Source of the DNA: an uncultured delta proteobacterium
Lineage (GTDB): Bacteria; Desulfobacterota; Desulfuromonadia; Geobacterales; DSM-12255
Direction: 5' to 3'
Assembly: GCA_963787125.1 (NCBI GenBank)
Contig: CAWBBV010000011.1
Coordinates: forward strand, 1-64,000
Length of the DNA stretch: 64,000 nt
Below are positions 18,431 to 27,895 of the stretch, one piece after another. A model generated the notes under the pieces. It had not been told where the DNA came from and did no database searches. It worked only from the letters and a program-made list of their open reading frames with translations. The translations under genes were made by a program, and so were the position numbers. Position 1 is the first letter of the stretch. Each line of letters starts with the position of its first letter.

Positions 18431-21400
18431 TTGGTTCTCTCTTGGATATGAAGTACTTTTTTAATTGGAGCCAGTCCTGCTGAAGTCATAAATAGCCCGG
18501 CATCGGCTGATGCCTTACCGAAAGTGAGGTCAGAGGTTTCCGCAGTCCTCCGGCCAGCCTTATCCGTCAGCGCCGACTTCAGATCCAGCTCGGCGAAACT
18601 GCCTGTGGAAAGCTGGATAAGCACTTTACCGCTTTTAGACCCCGCCGGAATGGTGTCGCCTGTATCGTATCTCACACCCCACAGATATGACTTGCCGCCA
18701 AATCCGCACGGATCACTTGACGGTTTATACGTTGTATAGAAAACAGTGCCGCTCGTCGTACTGATCGTATCCGTCACCACTCTTTCACCGGCATCGAGAT
18801 CAACATACCAGCCACTATTAACCGCAACCGAACTGGGCGTGTTCCGCACAGTCAGATCAGAAAGCGTCAACGGAGCCACTGTAGTTTCATCACAGCCATC
18901 GATAATATCAGACCTGATAAAATTATTGATGCCATCCTTGACCGGATAACACTTATCCTTCGCCATGAAGATTCTTCTCGCTGAGGCCATATCATCCAAG
19001 GGATAAAAGAATCTGCCTGTACCGAAGAACAAATAAAGATTGTTTTTGGACATGAGCTTTGATACCGCAGTCGTTACCGGCCCGATACCACTAACGACCC
19101 TTGAGGTCTTCCATTGACTGATATCCATTAAATCCGGATTGGCAGCATCCGGAATAACCAGACGCAAGACACCGCCATCGCTCCATGTTCCATCGGCAGC
19201 TTTATTTGTATAACCGATATAAACGACATCATCCTGCCTGAGATTGTTACTCAGCGGGAAAGTCTGTATTATTTCCGCGTCCACAACGGCATTGTTGCTG
19301 ATGGAACCAGCAAAAGCCTCGGTTATATTGGTATCAATTATCCAGAGCCCGTTTTTCTTCGGATCGGTATCGACCACCGGGCCCTTCTCGATGTCAACAA
19401 TAAAGAGTTTCAGGTTCTGATCGGACTTGCCTTGGAACTGCTTTAATGAAGTATCAATAGGACCGGTCGGCCCAGAGGCATAAACAGCAAACCATCTGCC
19501 GTTCTTATCCTGTAGAGGTGTATAAGGAGAGGCCGCGGTTTTTGCATTAAGACGAACGAAGGCAGGGCCTGAAGTAGAATAGCCAAGTTCAGGATGGGAA
19601 AACTCCCACATCAAGGTTGGCTGAGCTCGCAAAAGATTCGAGCTGTCCTGAACAAAATCTTGATTAGATATGTCTATTGCAAAATATGATGAAAATCCAT
19701 GGACGTTAAATGGCGTTTTTACACATGTTCCCGCTGAGACGTTATTCGTGCAGGTATTATTAAAGTTTTTGGATGCCCCCCCCAACCCCATACCACCAAA
19801 CAAAAACGTTTTCCAGGTCGATGCACTTCTGGTCTCGTTCCAATAATCACCATCGGATATTCTTGCTGAGTCTGTTGTTATAGTCGAAGCATCAAGTAGC
19901 GAATTTGCACCATCCACAAGGTACATATGGTTATCATCATAAGCCGGCAACGTCAGATATTTAAGGTACGGCATAACATTTTTAGGAATAAACCCCCACT
20001 CTTCCCTTCCAAGGTTTACGCCGCTCAATGTTGCCTTTTGAGACCCAATATTTTTTACAGTCATTTTGCCTAGCTTAAAAGCATGCATCATGCCGTCGTT
20101 GGCACCGACATAAACCATACCACGATTCACATAGTTGGCATTAGTATAGTATTCTTTATAAGTCGTATCGCTATAGCCAAGAGGCGGCGACAGATCGTAG
20201 GATTGAAGTGGGTATCTGCCCTGAATTTTAGGTGTTGACGATATAATGTCCCCCAACTTCCACACATTGCTCTCTGCGGCAGAATCTGAAACCTTTATGG
20301 TGACTGTCCTGTTACGACTTAAATCCGTACATGGTGAGGACGCATCAAGGCACACATCCGCACCCAGCGTATAATCTATTACATTTTCAGCAAAGGTTGT
20401 TTTCTCAGCTAAATTTGCACCTTCTGCATTCAGTCGCCAATACAAGTTTCCGGCATTGGCATGAGTAAAATCAGCAAATGATCGGCTATCAGTTGTTGTG
20501 TATATTTTACGTGGATCAGCGGTAAGATCCCGTCTCCACAAAAGTTTACCCGCTGTCCAGACAGCTTTTAGCCCCCCTGTCACATTCGGGTTTAATGATG
20601 CGAGTTCTGTCGACCCATCGAAATTATAGCGTTTTACCTTGGCCTGCGTTGCAGTAGAATCAAAGTAAAATTGTATCCGCTTGTCAACGGCTATATCCAT
20701 AGCATGATCGCCGCTTGTATAGTCACTATCCTCACGAATAGTACTTGAGCCAAAGAAAGGATCCACATAATACCAAAGGTTTAACAACTCACCCGACCAG
20801 GTAACAGAGCTATTACTTTCATACGTTTTTTTAGGATAGAATATAGCCTGTAAAAGTGTGGCCCCACTCCCCTCGCTATTATTAAGAATTGATGCAGCAG
20901 TTCCTGAAGAGAGGCTCAACAGGATGTTTTGAAAAATAGAATCCAGGGAATTATTCAAGTCAGTTGCGTTACTAGCATAATAAGCTGAACCACTTACATC
21001 AGTTCCCCCATGAACAGCCATGGAATCCAAATTGGTTTTGGCATCCTCACCCAGCCCCATCCCCAGAACATACGTCTTGACGTCGTATTTAGCTGCCGCT
21101 CCACTGATAGTTTTAATGACTTTACAGTTTGCCGCTGTCACCCCAGAACTTGGACAACGTAAACCGTCAAGGTTGGTTAATACTGCGGGCATCAAGTTAT
21201 CGGCAGTATCAGCTGCACCAGTTTCATTCACGCTGGGAAGACCGTCTGTAACATATATGATAAAGTTTTTGTCACAGCTTTTTTCAATTGGCGTTTTGAA
21301 CGTCGTTGACCCTTGAGTCAAGGCACCATTAAAGAAGTTGATAGCAGATTTCAATGTCCCTGCAGTGGGGGTCAACCCTGAATTCACTATTTGCGGACAG

Positions 21401-23892
21401 CTATTGGGGTCAGACGTATTAGTACACGCCATATATCCGGTTTCATCATTTGCAAAGGCTGGCGAAGCATTATTTGCGGCTAGCTTTGTCATCAAGTCTG
21501 TAAGTTGGGTGGCATATGGTGTCGTACTGGCATTGGCCGTTGTTGTTGGAGAGTGGAGCCATCCTCCACCCGGAGACGTCTGGGCTAGCCAGGTTTTTGT
21601 TGTGTAAGAGTCATACATCCGTTGGCCAAAATTATAGAACCCGAGCGCGTAATCTTCATCCGTAGGGCAAAAAGAACCTCCGGGCATTGAACCGGAGTAG
21701 CCGGTAGAGCCATCGGAGGCACCTGTTTTTGTAGTGTAGCCACTATAAGAGTTGGAACCCGTACAGCTCGATCCTGACTTGGTTACATCCTTGGAACTAT
21801 AGCCTGTAGAATACCAGTACTCTTTCGTTGCACCGCTCGATATACCATAATAAGTTCCTGGCACTTTATAATACCCGACAACTCCATCTGGGGTGGTAAA
21901 GCTAGTTGTTTTAGGATACACCGTACCGCAATAGGTTTGTCTGCGGACACTGTTAACCGCTGTACCTGTACCGGTTCCGGTGCCGCTGGTCGTTGTAATC
22001 GGGTCACGGTAATTAGCCTGAAAAAGTGCATTCTGTGCAACACATGAATTTTGGCAGGCACTTTCATCAGCCGACTTAACATAGGTACCGGTTTTTGGAT
22101 CTTCCTTGATGCAATAATTGCTACATGCCGACGGTGGGTTCGGGCAATATGATTTCCTGTCGTATGAGGTAAAGTAGAACGATGGACCAAGAGTGGTTTT
22201 AGTTGCAGCAGCCTGTTTATAGCTCATAAGCGCGATATTCATCTTACTTGCATAGGCATTAACAATGTCGGCGAGAGCTCTTCGGGCGATTATTGATCTA
22301 CTACAGCTGTTTGGGTCAGTATAGTCTGTGCAGTGCGGCGAACCGATTGCCAGCCCGTTCATATCCTCATCCATACTATTTGAGTTATCAAGAATAATAA
22401 GTATGTTTGGTTTGACAGTCGACGCAAGGAATGAAGGCATTACGCTATAGTCTGTTGCGCTTAACGCCTGAGTCTGAAACGACCATACTGTGTTAGGGAG
22501 AGCATTGCCCGCTATATCGATAATGCCTGACAAGGTAACTGTATAGGTCGTATAATAATCCAATGATGCCGGGGTAAAGGTTGCAATCTTTGTCGTGGCA
22601 TTGTAGGTAAGCGTACCGCCCACATTGTTAATGCCGTCACTAACGCTGAATGATGTTGTGTTGATGGACGACGCCAATAGACTGTTGGCTTCGGTAAACG
22701 TCGCAATAATTTTTGTCGACAAAGGTAAACCTGTTGCGCCGTTTGTCGGGGTATAGGTAACTGTCGGTGCAATGGTATCAACAATAAAATTCCAGGCGAT
22801 ATTGGTCAGCATGGCATTTCCGGCAAGATCGGTTATTCCTGTTGTAAGTGTCGACGTATACGTGCCGTCACTTAATGAACCGGTAGCCAAGCTAACAGTA
22901 TTGGTAGTAGCGTTAAAACTGGGGGTCGATCCGGTTACGGTTGTTGTTCCCTTTTTCAAGGTGAACGTAGATGTCGTCAGTGTGGCAGGGTCAATATCCT
23001 CGGCAAAAAGAGCCGTAATTGCTGGAGTCGAGCTATTAACATACGCCGTATTGGGCGTGTAATTTATTACAGTTGGATTTGTCGTGTCAACTGCCAACGT
23101 CCACGAATAAGTGGTAGTCATCAAGTTGGGAGTAGTCGCAGCGTCTTTGACACCGGCACCATCACCGTTTGGCATATTACCTTTGACATAAAATGTATAG
23201 GAATGTCCATTTTGTAATGCTGTCGACATGGTAAACGAAGCAACCGTTTTGCCAGAGCTTGTCGTAAAAGTCGGCGCATTGATAGACAACTTGACTCCGG
23301 GATTACTGGTATCTTCAGCCCATATCGTTGTACTGTTGATAGTTGATGTTGTCATCAACTCACTAAACGTAACTGACAGCGGCGGATTAACATTGGAAGT
23401 AATTCCGCTCGGTGGATTGGGTGTATATGCTGTAACCGTAGGAGGCGTTGTATCAGGTGGAACCACAACAGTAAAGGTAGTAGTGCTTTGAGCTGTCAAT
23501 GCCTTGTTATTTAGGTCCTTGATGGTTATTTTCGCGCAGGCCGTATATTGGGCACCAGCGGTTAAAGAGCTTGAAGGGGTCATGGAGATAGTGGAAGTCG
23601 ACTGCGTATTGGTAGGGAGAGTTGGATTTGAAGTTCCTACCGCTGTTCCTGAACAAGCCGCCCCCTTATACAATATAAAAGCAGTGCTTGAAACCGTATT
23701 GAGTTTTGAGTTGGCGTTAGCATTGACATTTGTGGTTGTTGCTGTAATGGCAGCTGTTTGCGAGACCCCGGAAGCACCGTTTACCGGAACCCAGCTCGTC
23801 ACCGCCGGGTTAGTAGCTGCCATTGCGGGGGCAGCACACAGAACTGACCCCAAAAATACGAACAACGCAAGTCGCTTACTGACGTTTTTCAT
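18427..23892 (-). CDS. pilY1: Type IV pilus tip adhesin PilY1 with extra N-terminal Ig-like domains, Cys-rich vWA-like region and PilY1 beta-propeller
   Basis: 'LGDIISSTP', 'MVYVGANDGMMHAF', 'EEWGFIP' and 'LFFGTGR' propeller motifs; MIDAS-like 'ILDNSNSM..TDG'; N-terminal repeats delimited by DTTPPTV/DTTNPTV/DTIAPTV. Confidence 0.93.
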   Translation of the reverse strand: MKNVSKRLALFVFLGSVLCAAPAMAATNPAVTSWVPVNGASGVSQTAAITATTTNVNANANSKLNTVSSTAFILYKGAACSGTAVGTSNPTLPTNTQSTSTISMTPSSSLTAGAQYTACAKITIKDLNNKALTAQSTTTFTVVVPPDTTPPTVTAYTPNPPSGITSNVNPPLSVTFSELMTTSTINSTTIWAEDTSNPGVKLSINAPTFTTSSGKTVASFTMSTALQNGHSYTFYVKGNMPNGDGAGVKDAATTPNLMTTTYSWTLAVDTTNPTVINYTPNTAYVNSSTPAITALFAEDIDPATLTTSTFTLKKGTTTVTGSTPSFNATTNTVSLATGSLSDGTYTSTLTTGITDLAGNAMLTNIAWNFIVDTIAPTVTYTPTNGATGLPLSTKIIATFTEANSLLASSINTTSFSVSDGINNVGGTLTYNATTKIATFTPASLDYYTTYTVTLSGIIDIAGNALPNTVWSFQTQALSATDYSVMPSFLASTVKPNILIILDNSNSMDEDMNGLAIGSPHCTDYTDPNSCSRSIIARRALADIVNAYASKMNIALMSYKQAAATKTTLGPSFYFTSYDRKSYCPNPPSACSNYCIKEDPKTGTYVKSADESACQNSCVAQNALFQANYRDPITTTSGTGTGTGTAVNSVRRQTYCGTVYPKTTSFTTPDGVVGYYKVPGTYYGISSGATKEYWYSTGYSSKDVTKSGSSCTGSNSYSGYTTKTGASDGSTGYSGSMPGGSFCPTDEDYALGFYNFGQRMYDSYTTKTWLAQTSPGGGWLHSPTTTANASTTPYATQLTDLMTKLAANNASPAFANDETGYMACTNTSDPNSCPQIVNSGLTPTAGTLKSAINFFNGALTQGSTTFKTPIEKSCDKNFIIYVTDGLPSVNETGAADTADNLMPAVLTNLDGLRCPSSGVTAANCKVIKTISGAAAKYDVKTYVLGMGLGEDAKTNLDSMAVHGGTDVSGSAYYASNATDLNNSLDSIFQNILLSLSSGTAASILNNSEGSGATLLQAIFYPKKTYESNSSVTWSGELLNLWYYVDPFFGSSTIREDSDYTSGDHAMDIAVDKRIQFYFDSTATQAKVKRYNFDGSTELASLNPNVTGGLKAVWTAGKLLWRRDLTADPRKIYTTTDSRSFADFTHANAGNLYWRLNAEGANLAEKTTFAENVIDYTLGADVCLDASSPCTDLSRNRTVTIKVSDSAAESNVWKLGDIISSTPKIQGRYPLQSYDLSPPLGYSDTTYKEYYTNANYVNRGMVYVGANDGMMHAFKLGKMTVKNIGSQKATLSGVNLGREEWGFIPKNVMPYLKYLTLPAYDDNHMYLVDGANSLLDASTITTDSARISDGDYWNETRSASTWKTFLFGGMGLGGASKNFNNTCTNNVSAGTCVKTPFNVHGFSSYFAIDISNQDFVQDSSNLLRAQPTLMWEFSHPELGYSTSGPAFVRLNAKTAASPYTPLQDKNGRWFAVYASGPTGPIDTSLKQFQGKSDQNLKLFIVDIEKGPVVDTDPKKNGLWIIDTNITEAFAGSISNNAVVDAEIIQTFPLSNNLRQDDVVYIGYTNKAADGTWSDGGVLRLVIPDAANPDLMDISQWKTSRVVSGIGPVTTAVSKLMSKNNLYLFFGTGRFFYPLDDMASARRIFMAKDKCYPVKDGINNFIRSDIIDGCDETTVAPLTLSDLTVRNTPSSVAVNSGWYVDLDAGERVVTDTISTTSGTVFYTTYKPSSDPCGFGGKSYLWGVRYDTGDTIPAGSKSGKVLIQLSTGSFAELDLKSALTDKAGRRTAETSDLTFGKASADAGLFMTSAGLAPIKKVLHIQERTK

Positions 23893-24218
23893 TTGCTCTC
23901 CTCCAGCACAATAACATCGATAACTGTCCCTGATTTTGTCAGCACCTTTATCGGTGTCCTCTTTGGCAAACTCAAAAGATCACGCCCGTCGTGCAAAACT
24001 ACTCTAGCTTTCGGCAGGCCATAAAAAAGCAGGCCGCCCTGTTCCGACAAAATCAATCGAAACTTGCCATTTTGAATCCCACCATAAAAACCAGTTGCAG
24101 TGTCATAGTCAGGTTTTGTTTGAGCTGTGTCAGCTCGCGTCATTGCCATAACTGAAAAGTCAAATGCACCAATTGAAATCAAAGCGATCAGCACTATAAA
24201 GAATTTTTTATTCATCAT
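23889..24218 (-). CDS. Small exported protein heading the minor pilin operon (PilL-like by position)
   Basis: Signal peptide MMNKKFFIVLIALIS..., GGAGG RBS, overlaps the pilY1 start. Confidence 0.65.
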   Translation of the reverse strand: MMNKKFFIVLIALISIGAFDFSVMAMTRADTAQTKPDYDTATGFYGGIQNGKFRLILSEQGGLLFYGLPKARVVLHDGRDLLSLPKRTPIKVLTKSGTVIDVIVLEESK

Positions 24219-24279
24219 CGACCTCCATATTTCTAGCGCTCCATGTGCGAGAGTCTTCTGGGTACAGATAAAGTTTATC

Positions 24280-24295
24280 AGCAATAAACGTTCCA
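24280..24295 (-). promoter_or_regulatory. Sigma-54 (-24/-12) promoter for the pilL-pilY1-fimU-pilVWX operon
   Basis: TGGAACGTTTATTGCT has GG-N10-GC spacing and one mismatch to TGGCACG-N4-TTGC(A/T); about 60 nt upstream of the ATG. Confidence 0.7.
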
Positions 24296-24443
24296 CCAGA
24301 CACACTTGTCCCTATATAGTTTATAACCAGCTGAAAAAACAGCACAAGTACATTACAGGACTTGCCCTTTCTCTTTATGATTTTGGAACCGCTCAATCAT
24401 CTGGCCGCATACCACGCATTAATTGCGCGCCGCAGCATAACCA

Positions 24444-24600
24444 TCACGCCAAATCATACTCCTTTATCTTATAAACCAGCGAGCGCAAACTTATCTCGAG
24501 AATCCTGGCAGCATGGGTGCGGTTGCCGCCCGTGCTGGCCAGCGCCCGCCTGTTCAGCTCCCTCTCCATCGCCTCAACCGCCTGCTTTATTGATAGCGCC
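24444..24600 (-). repeat. Duplicated 3' end (Fis-type HTH) of the adjacent sigma-54 activator gene; gene remnant or 41-aa mini-ORF (24444-24569)
   Basis: 24457-24536 matches 25068-25147 at 79/80 nt, with similarity continuing to about 24600/25210. It encodes MERELNRRALASTGGNRTHAARILEISLRSLVYKIKEYDLA*. Confidence 0.85.
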
Positions 24601-24706
24601 AATCCCCTGAAGCCAGTTGTAAGTTGACTTTACTCTTATCCCCTTGACCGCAAGTATCCCATCAGGTATTTTTCAAGGGACATCATATCAGGCTTACGGA
24701 GAATAT

Positions 24707-25048
24707 ATGGATAAAGATCATCTTGAGATAATCCTTGAATCGATCGATAACAAATTCCAGCTTGTACTTGAAGGGCACTCCTCACTTGCAAACCAGATTG
24801 CAGCAGTCGATCAAAAACTGACAGAACGTGCTGATCTCACTGACTTCAAGATTCAAACGCTTGCAAACCAGATTGCAGCAGTTGATGATAAGCTGACAAA
24901 AAGGATCGATGCTGTTATCACTGATCTTCAGGCTACTGATGAGAAGCTGACAAAAAGAATCGATGCTGTTAGCGCCGACCTGAAGGCTCACCGTGCTGAC
25001 ACAGAAGCTCATGGCGGCAAAGGGCTTTATGTGGTCCGGGAAGGGTAG
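24707..25048 (+). CDS. Small coiled-coil hypothetical protein with internal repeats
   Basis: GGAG RBS, MDKDHLEIILE..; LANQIAAVD x2 and KLTKRIDAV x2. Confidence 0.75.
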   Translation: MDKDHLEIILESIDNKFQLVLEGHSSLANQIAAVDQKLTERADLTDFKIQTLANQIAAVDDKLTKRIDAVITDLQATDEKLTKRIDAVSADLKAHRADTEAHGGKGLYVVREG

Positions 25049-25054
25049 CTCACA

Positions 25055-26431
25055 TTACTCCAACCCGTACTCCTTTATCTTGTAAACCAGCGAGCGCAAA
25101 CTTATCTCGAGAATCCTGGCAGCATGGGTGCGGTTGCCGCCCGTGCTTGCCAGTGCCCGGCTTATCAGTTCCCGCTCCAATGCTTCCCCTGCCTGCTTTA
25201 TCGACACAGCTTCGCCATACAGAGATATGCCGGGATCAATGGTGACAGCCCCGGTCATCTTTGCCGGCAAGGCTGAGACAGTCAACGTCTCACCTTCAGC
25301 GAGAATCACCCCCCGTTCCAGCACATTTTCAAGCTCACGAACGTTGCCCGGCCAACTGTATCTGCCCAGAACCGCCAACGCCTCAGGGGCAACAACGCTG
25401 ACATTTTTGCCGAACCGGGCCGAGAACTTGCCTAAAAAATGCTCCAAAAGTAGTGGCAGGTCATCCAACCGCTCCCGCAGCGGCGGCAAAGAGAGCGCAA
25501 AAACGTTCAGCCGAAAGTAAAGGTCTTCGCGAAATCTGCCGCCGGCAACATCCTCTTCAAGATCCCGTGATGTGGCTGAGATTATCCGCAGATCGACTTT
25601 TTTGGACGTCGCCCCGCCAACCCGTTTTATCTCTTCATCCTGGAGCACCCGCAAAAGCTTTACCTGGAGCGACAACGGCATTTCGCCAATTTCATCAAGG
25701 AAGAGCGTGCCGCCGTCCGCCTGCTCAAACAGTCCTGCTTTGTCAGCCACCGCATCGGTGAAAGCCCCTTTGACATGGCCGAACAGTTCACTTTCCAACA
25801 GATTTTCCGGGATTGCGGCGCAGTTTACCGCCACAAAAGGACGCTCTTTCCGTACACCTTCAAAATGAAGCGCTCTCGCTACCAGCTCCTTACCGGTTCC
25901 GGATTCGCCGGTGATAAGAACGGTCGTCTTGTAATCACACACTTTCTTGACAAGATCGAAGATCACCTGCATGGCAGCATTTCTGCTGATGATGCTGGCA
26001 AAGGAGCACCCTTTGCTGATCTCCTGCTTCAAGCGCCGGTTTTCCGCCTTAAGGCGCTCCCGCTCTTCAGCTTTTTTAAGCACCAGAATGATTTCATCAT
26101 TTTTAAACGGTTTGGAGATGTAGTCGTATGCCCCGAGCTTCATGCACTCGATAGCCGTGTCAATGGTACCGTAAGCCGACATCATGATGACCGTGGTTGC
26201 AGTTTTTACTGCCACCAGCGCGCCAAGCATTGCCTTGCCATCCATCCGCGGCATCAGGATGTCGCTGAGGACAAAGTCGTAATCGGCCAGGGCAAGCTTC
26301 TCCAGCGCCTCTTTACCGTCAGCGGCGCTGTCAACGGCGTACCCCTGTTTTTTCAGCAGTACCGAGAGAAGATGGCGCAGATTCTCCTCATCATCCACTA
26401 CCAGGATCCGTTTGCGGCTGTCAGCTTTCAC
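25055..26431 (-). CDS. Sigma-54-dependent response regulator (NtrC family: REC-AAA+-Fis HTH)
   Basis: GESGTGKE, GAFTDA, FLDEIGE, RELEN and C-terminal HTH. Confidence 0.95.
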   Translation of the reverse strand: MKADSRKRILVVDDEENLRHLLSVLLKKQGYAVDSAADGKEALEKLALADYDFVLSDILMPRMDGKAMLGALVAVKTATTVIMMSAYGTIDTAIECMKLGAYDYISKPFKNDEIILVLKKAEERERLKAENRRLKQEISKGCSFASIISRNAAMQVIFDLVKKVCDYKTTVLITGESGTGKELVARALHFEGVRKERPFVAVNCAAIPENLLESELFGHVKGAFTDAVADKAGLFEQADGGTLFLDEIGEMPLSLQVKLLRVLQDEEIKRVGGATSKKVDLRIISATSRDLEEDVAGGRFREDLYFRLNVFALSLPPLRERLDDLPLLLEHFLGKFSARFGKNVSVVAPEALAVLGRYSWPGNVRELENVLERGVILAEGETLTVSALPAKMTGAVTIDPGISLYGEAVSIKQAGEALERELISRALASTGGNRTHAARILEISLRSLVYKIKEYGLE

Positions 26432-27884
26432 CCTTCACCCCCGGCAATTTCAGCCTGAATTTTGTTCCGACACCAGGTACGCTTTCAACATCGATCCTCC
26501 CTCCAAACGACTCCACCAATCGGGCAGAAATGGCGAGGCCGAGACCCGTTCCTTTTCCCGGTTCTTTGGTCGTGAAGAACGGCTCGAAGATTTTTTCGAT
26601 ATTTTCCGGCAGAATTCCTACGCCGCTATCTTCCACCATGATAACGACCGACTCCCCGGCTCCGGCAGTTGCGCTGATTACGATCCGGCCGATGTCAGAC
26701 ATGGCATCACGGGCATTCATCACAAGATTCATCAACACCTGCATAAGTTGATGCCGGTCAAGGTAAAGTGTCGGCAGACCTTCATCGGCCTTCAGACTCG
26801 CAGCAATCCGCTTGAAAACCCCTTGCCTCTCCAACATTGCAAAGAGATCTTCAAGAAACTCTTTCACCTCGATCCGCTCTATTTCCGGTTTCACGGGCCG
26901 TGCATAGTTCAGCAGATCCCGTACCAACCGGTCTATTCTCCCCGCATCAGCCGTTATCCGTCGCAGATAATCGCTCTTTTCCGGATCAGTAGCCAGCTCT
27001 TCCGCCAGAATCCCGCTGTAGCCGATGATGCCGGCAAGGGGAGTGCCTATTTCGTGAGCCATACCGGCAGCCAACAGGCCGATAGATGCCATCTTCTCCG
27101 AGCGGATCGTCTCCAGACGTGCCTCCTTGAGAGCTTCGTTGGCGGCTTCAAGTGAGTGCAGATGTAACTCCACCTCCTCACGGCGATCTTTCAGCCCCTG
27201 CTGCATGATATTGAAAGAGTCGGCAAGCCCGGCAACTTCCCTGCTCCCGGGCAGATGAACAGGATGACTGTAATCACCCGCAATCACCCGTTCTGTGGCT
27301 TTAAGCAGGCGTTCAAGCGGCGCAACAACAATCCGGCGGAGAATAAACGCCCCGAGCGCCAGCAGCAGGATGAAATCAAGGACAAAATAGCCGAGAAAGA
27401 GTGTCCGTGAACGGGCAAGCAGGGCATATTCACTGGTCAAAGCGAGTGCCAGCCGAGCACCGCCCTGAATCTCTCCATCTTTTATGACCGGGGCATAACA
27501 GAGCAGCTGCAAACCCTGGAGAGCAACCTGACTCTTTGCTGTTGCCTGGCGGCTAACCTCAAGGAGCAAGGGGTCGGCAGGCCGCTCATCGGCAAGCCTG
27601 TAAATAACTTCCGCCCGTTCATTAATCAAAATCAGCCCGGAAAAATCCCGTTCCGCAGTAAGGGTAGCAGCGAGCCGCGGTGATACTTTCGCCGGAGCAG
27701 ATTCAGGCAGCGTCGCAATGATTACTTTCAAAAGCGCCGCACCATGGGCGCTCTTGGCAGCAAGCAGGTCTTTTTCAGCTGTTTTGAATGATATTATGCT
27801 TAGAAGGAGCCAGGTCAAAAGGAGCAGCGACGCCAGCGAGGCGAGGATGGCAAAAGTGAGGCTGAATCTGTACGGTGTGGCCAT
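26421..27884 (-). CDS. Membrane HAMP sensor histidine kinase
   Basis: Two TM segments, HAMP, AHEIGTPL H-box, FFTTK and GTGLGL; start at MATPYRF. Confidence 0.92.
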   Translation of the reverse strand: MATPYRFSLTFAILASLASLLLLTWLLLSIISFKTAEKDLLAAKSAHGAALLKVIIATLPESAPAKVSPRLAATLTAERDFSGLILINERAEVIYRLADERPADPLLLEVSRQATAKSQVALQGLQLLCYAPVIKDGEIQGGARLALALTSEYALLARSRTLFLGYFVLDFILLLALGAFILRRIVVAPLERLLKATERVIAGDYSHPVHLPGSREVAGLADSFNIMQQGLKDRREEVELHLHSLEAANEALKEARLETIRSEKMASIGLLAAGMAHEIGTPLAGIIGYSGILAEELATDPEKSDYLRRITADAGRIDRLVRDLLNYARPVKPEIERIEVKEFLEDLFAMLERQGVFKRIAASLKADEGLPTLYLDRHQLMQVLMNLVMNARDAMSDIGRIVISATAGAGESVVIMVEDSGVGILPENIEKIFEPFFTTKEPGKGTGLGLAISARLVESFGGRIDVESVPGVGTKFRLKLPGVKGES

Positions 27885-27895
27885 GGCCCCGCCTT

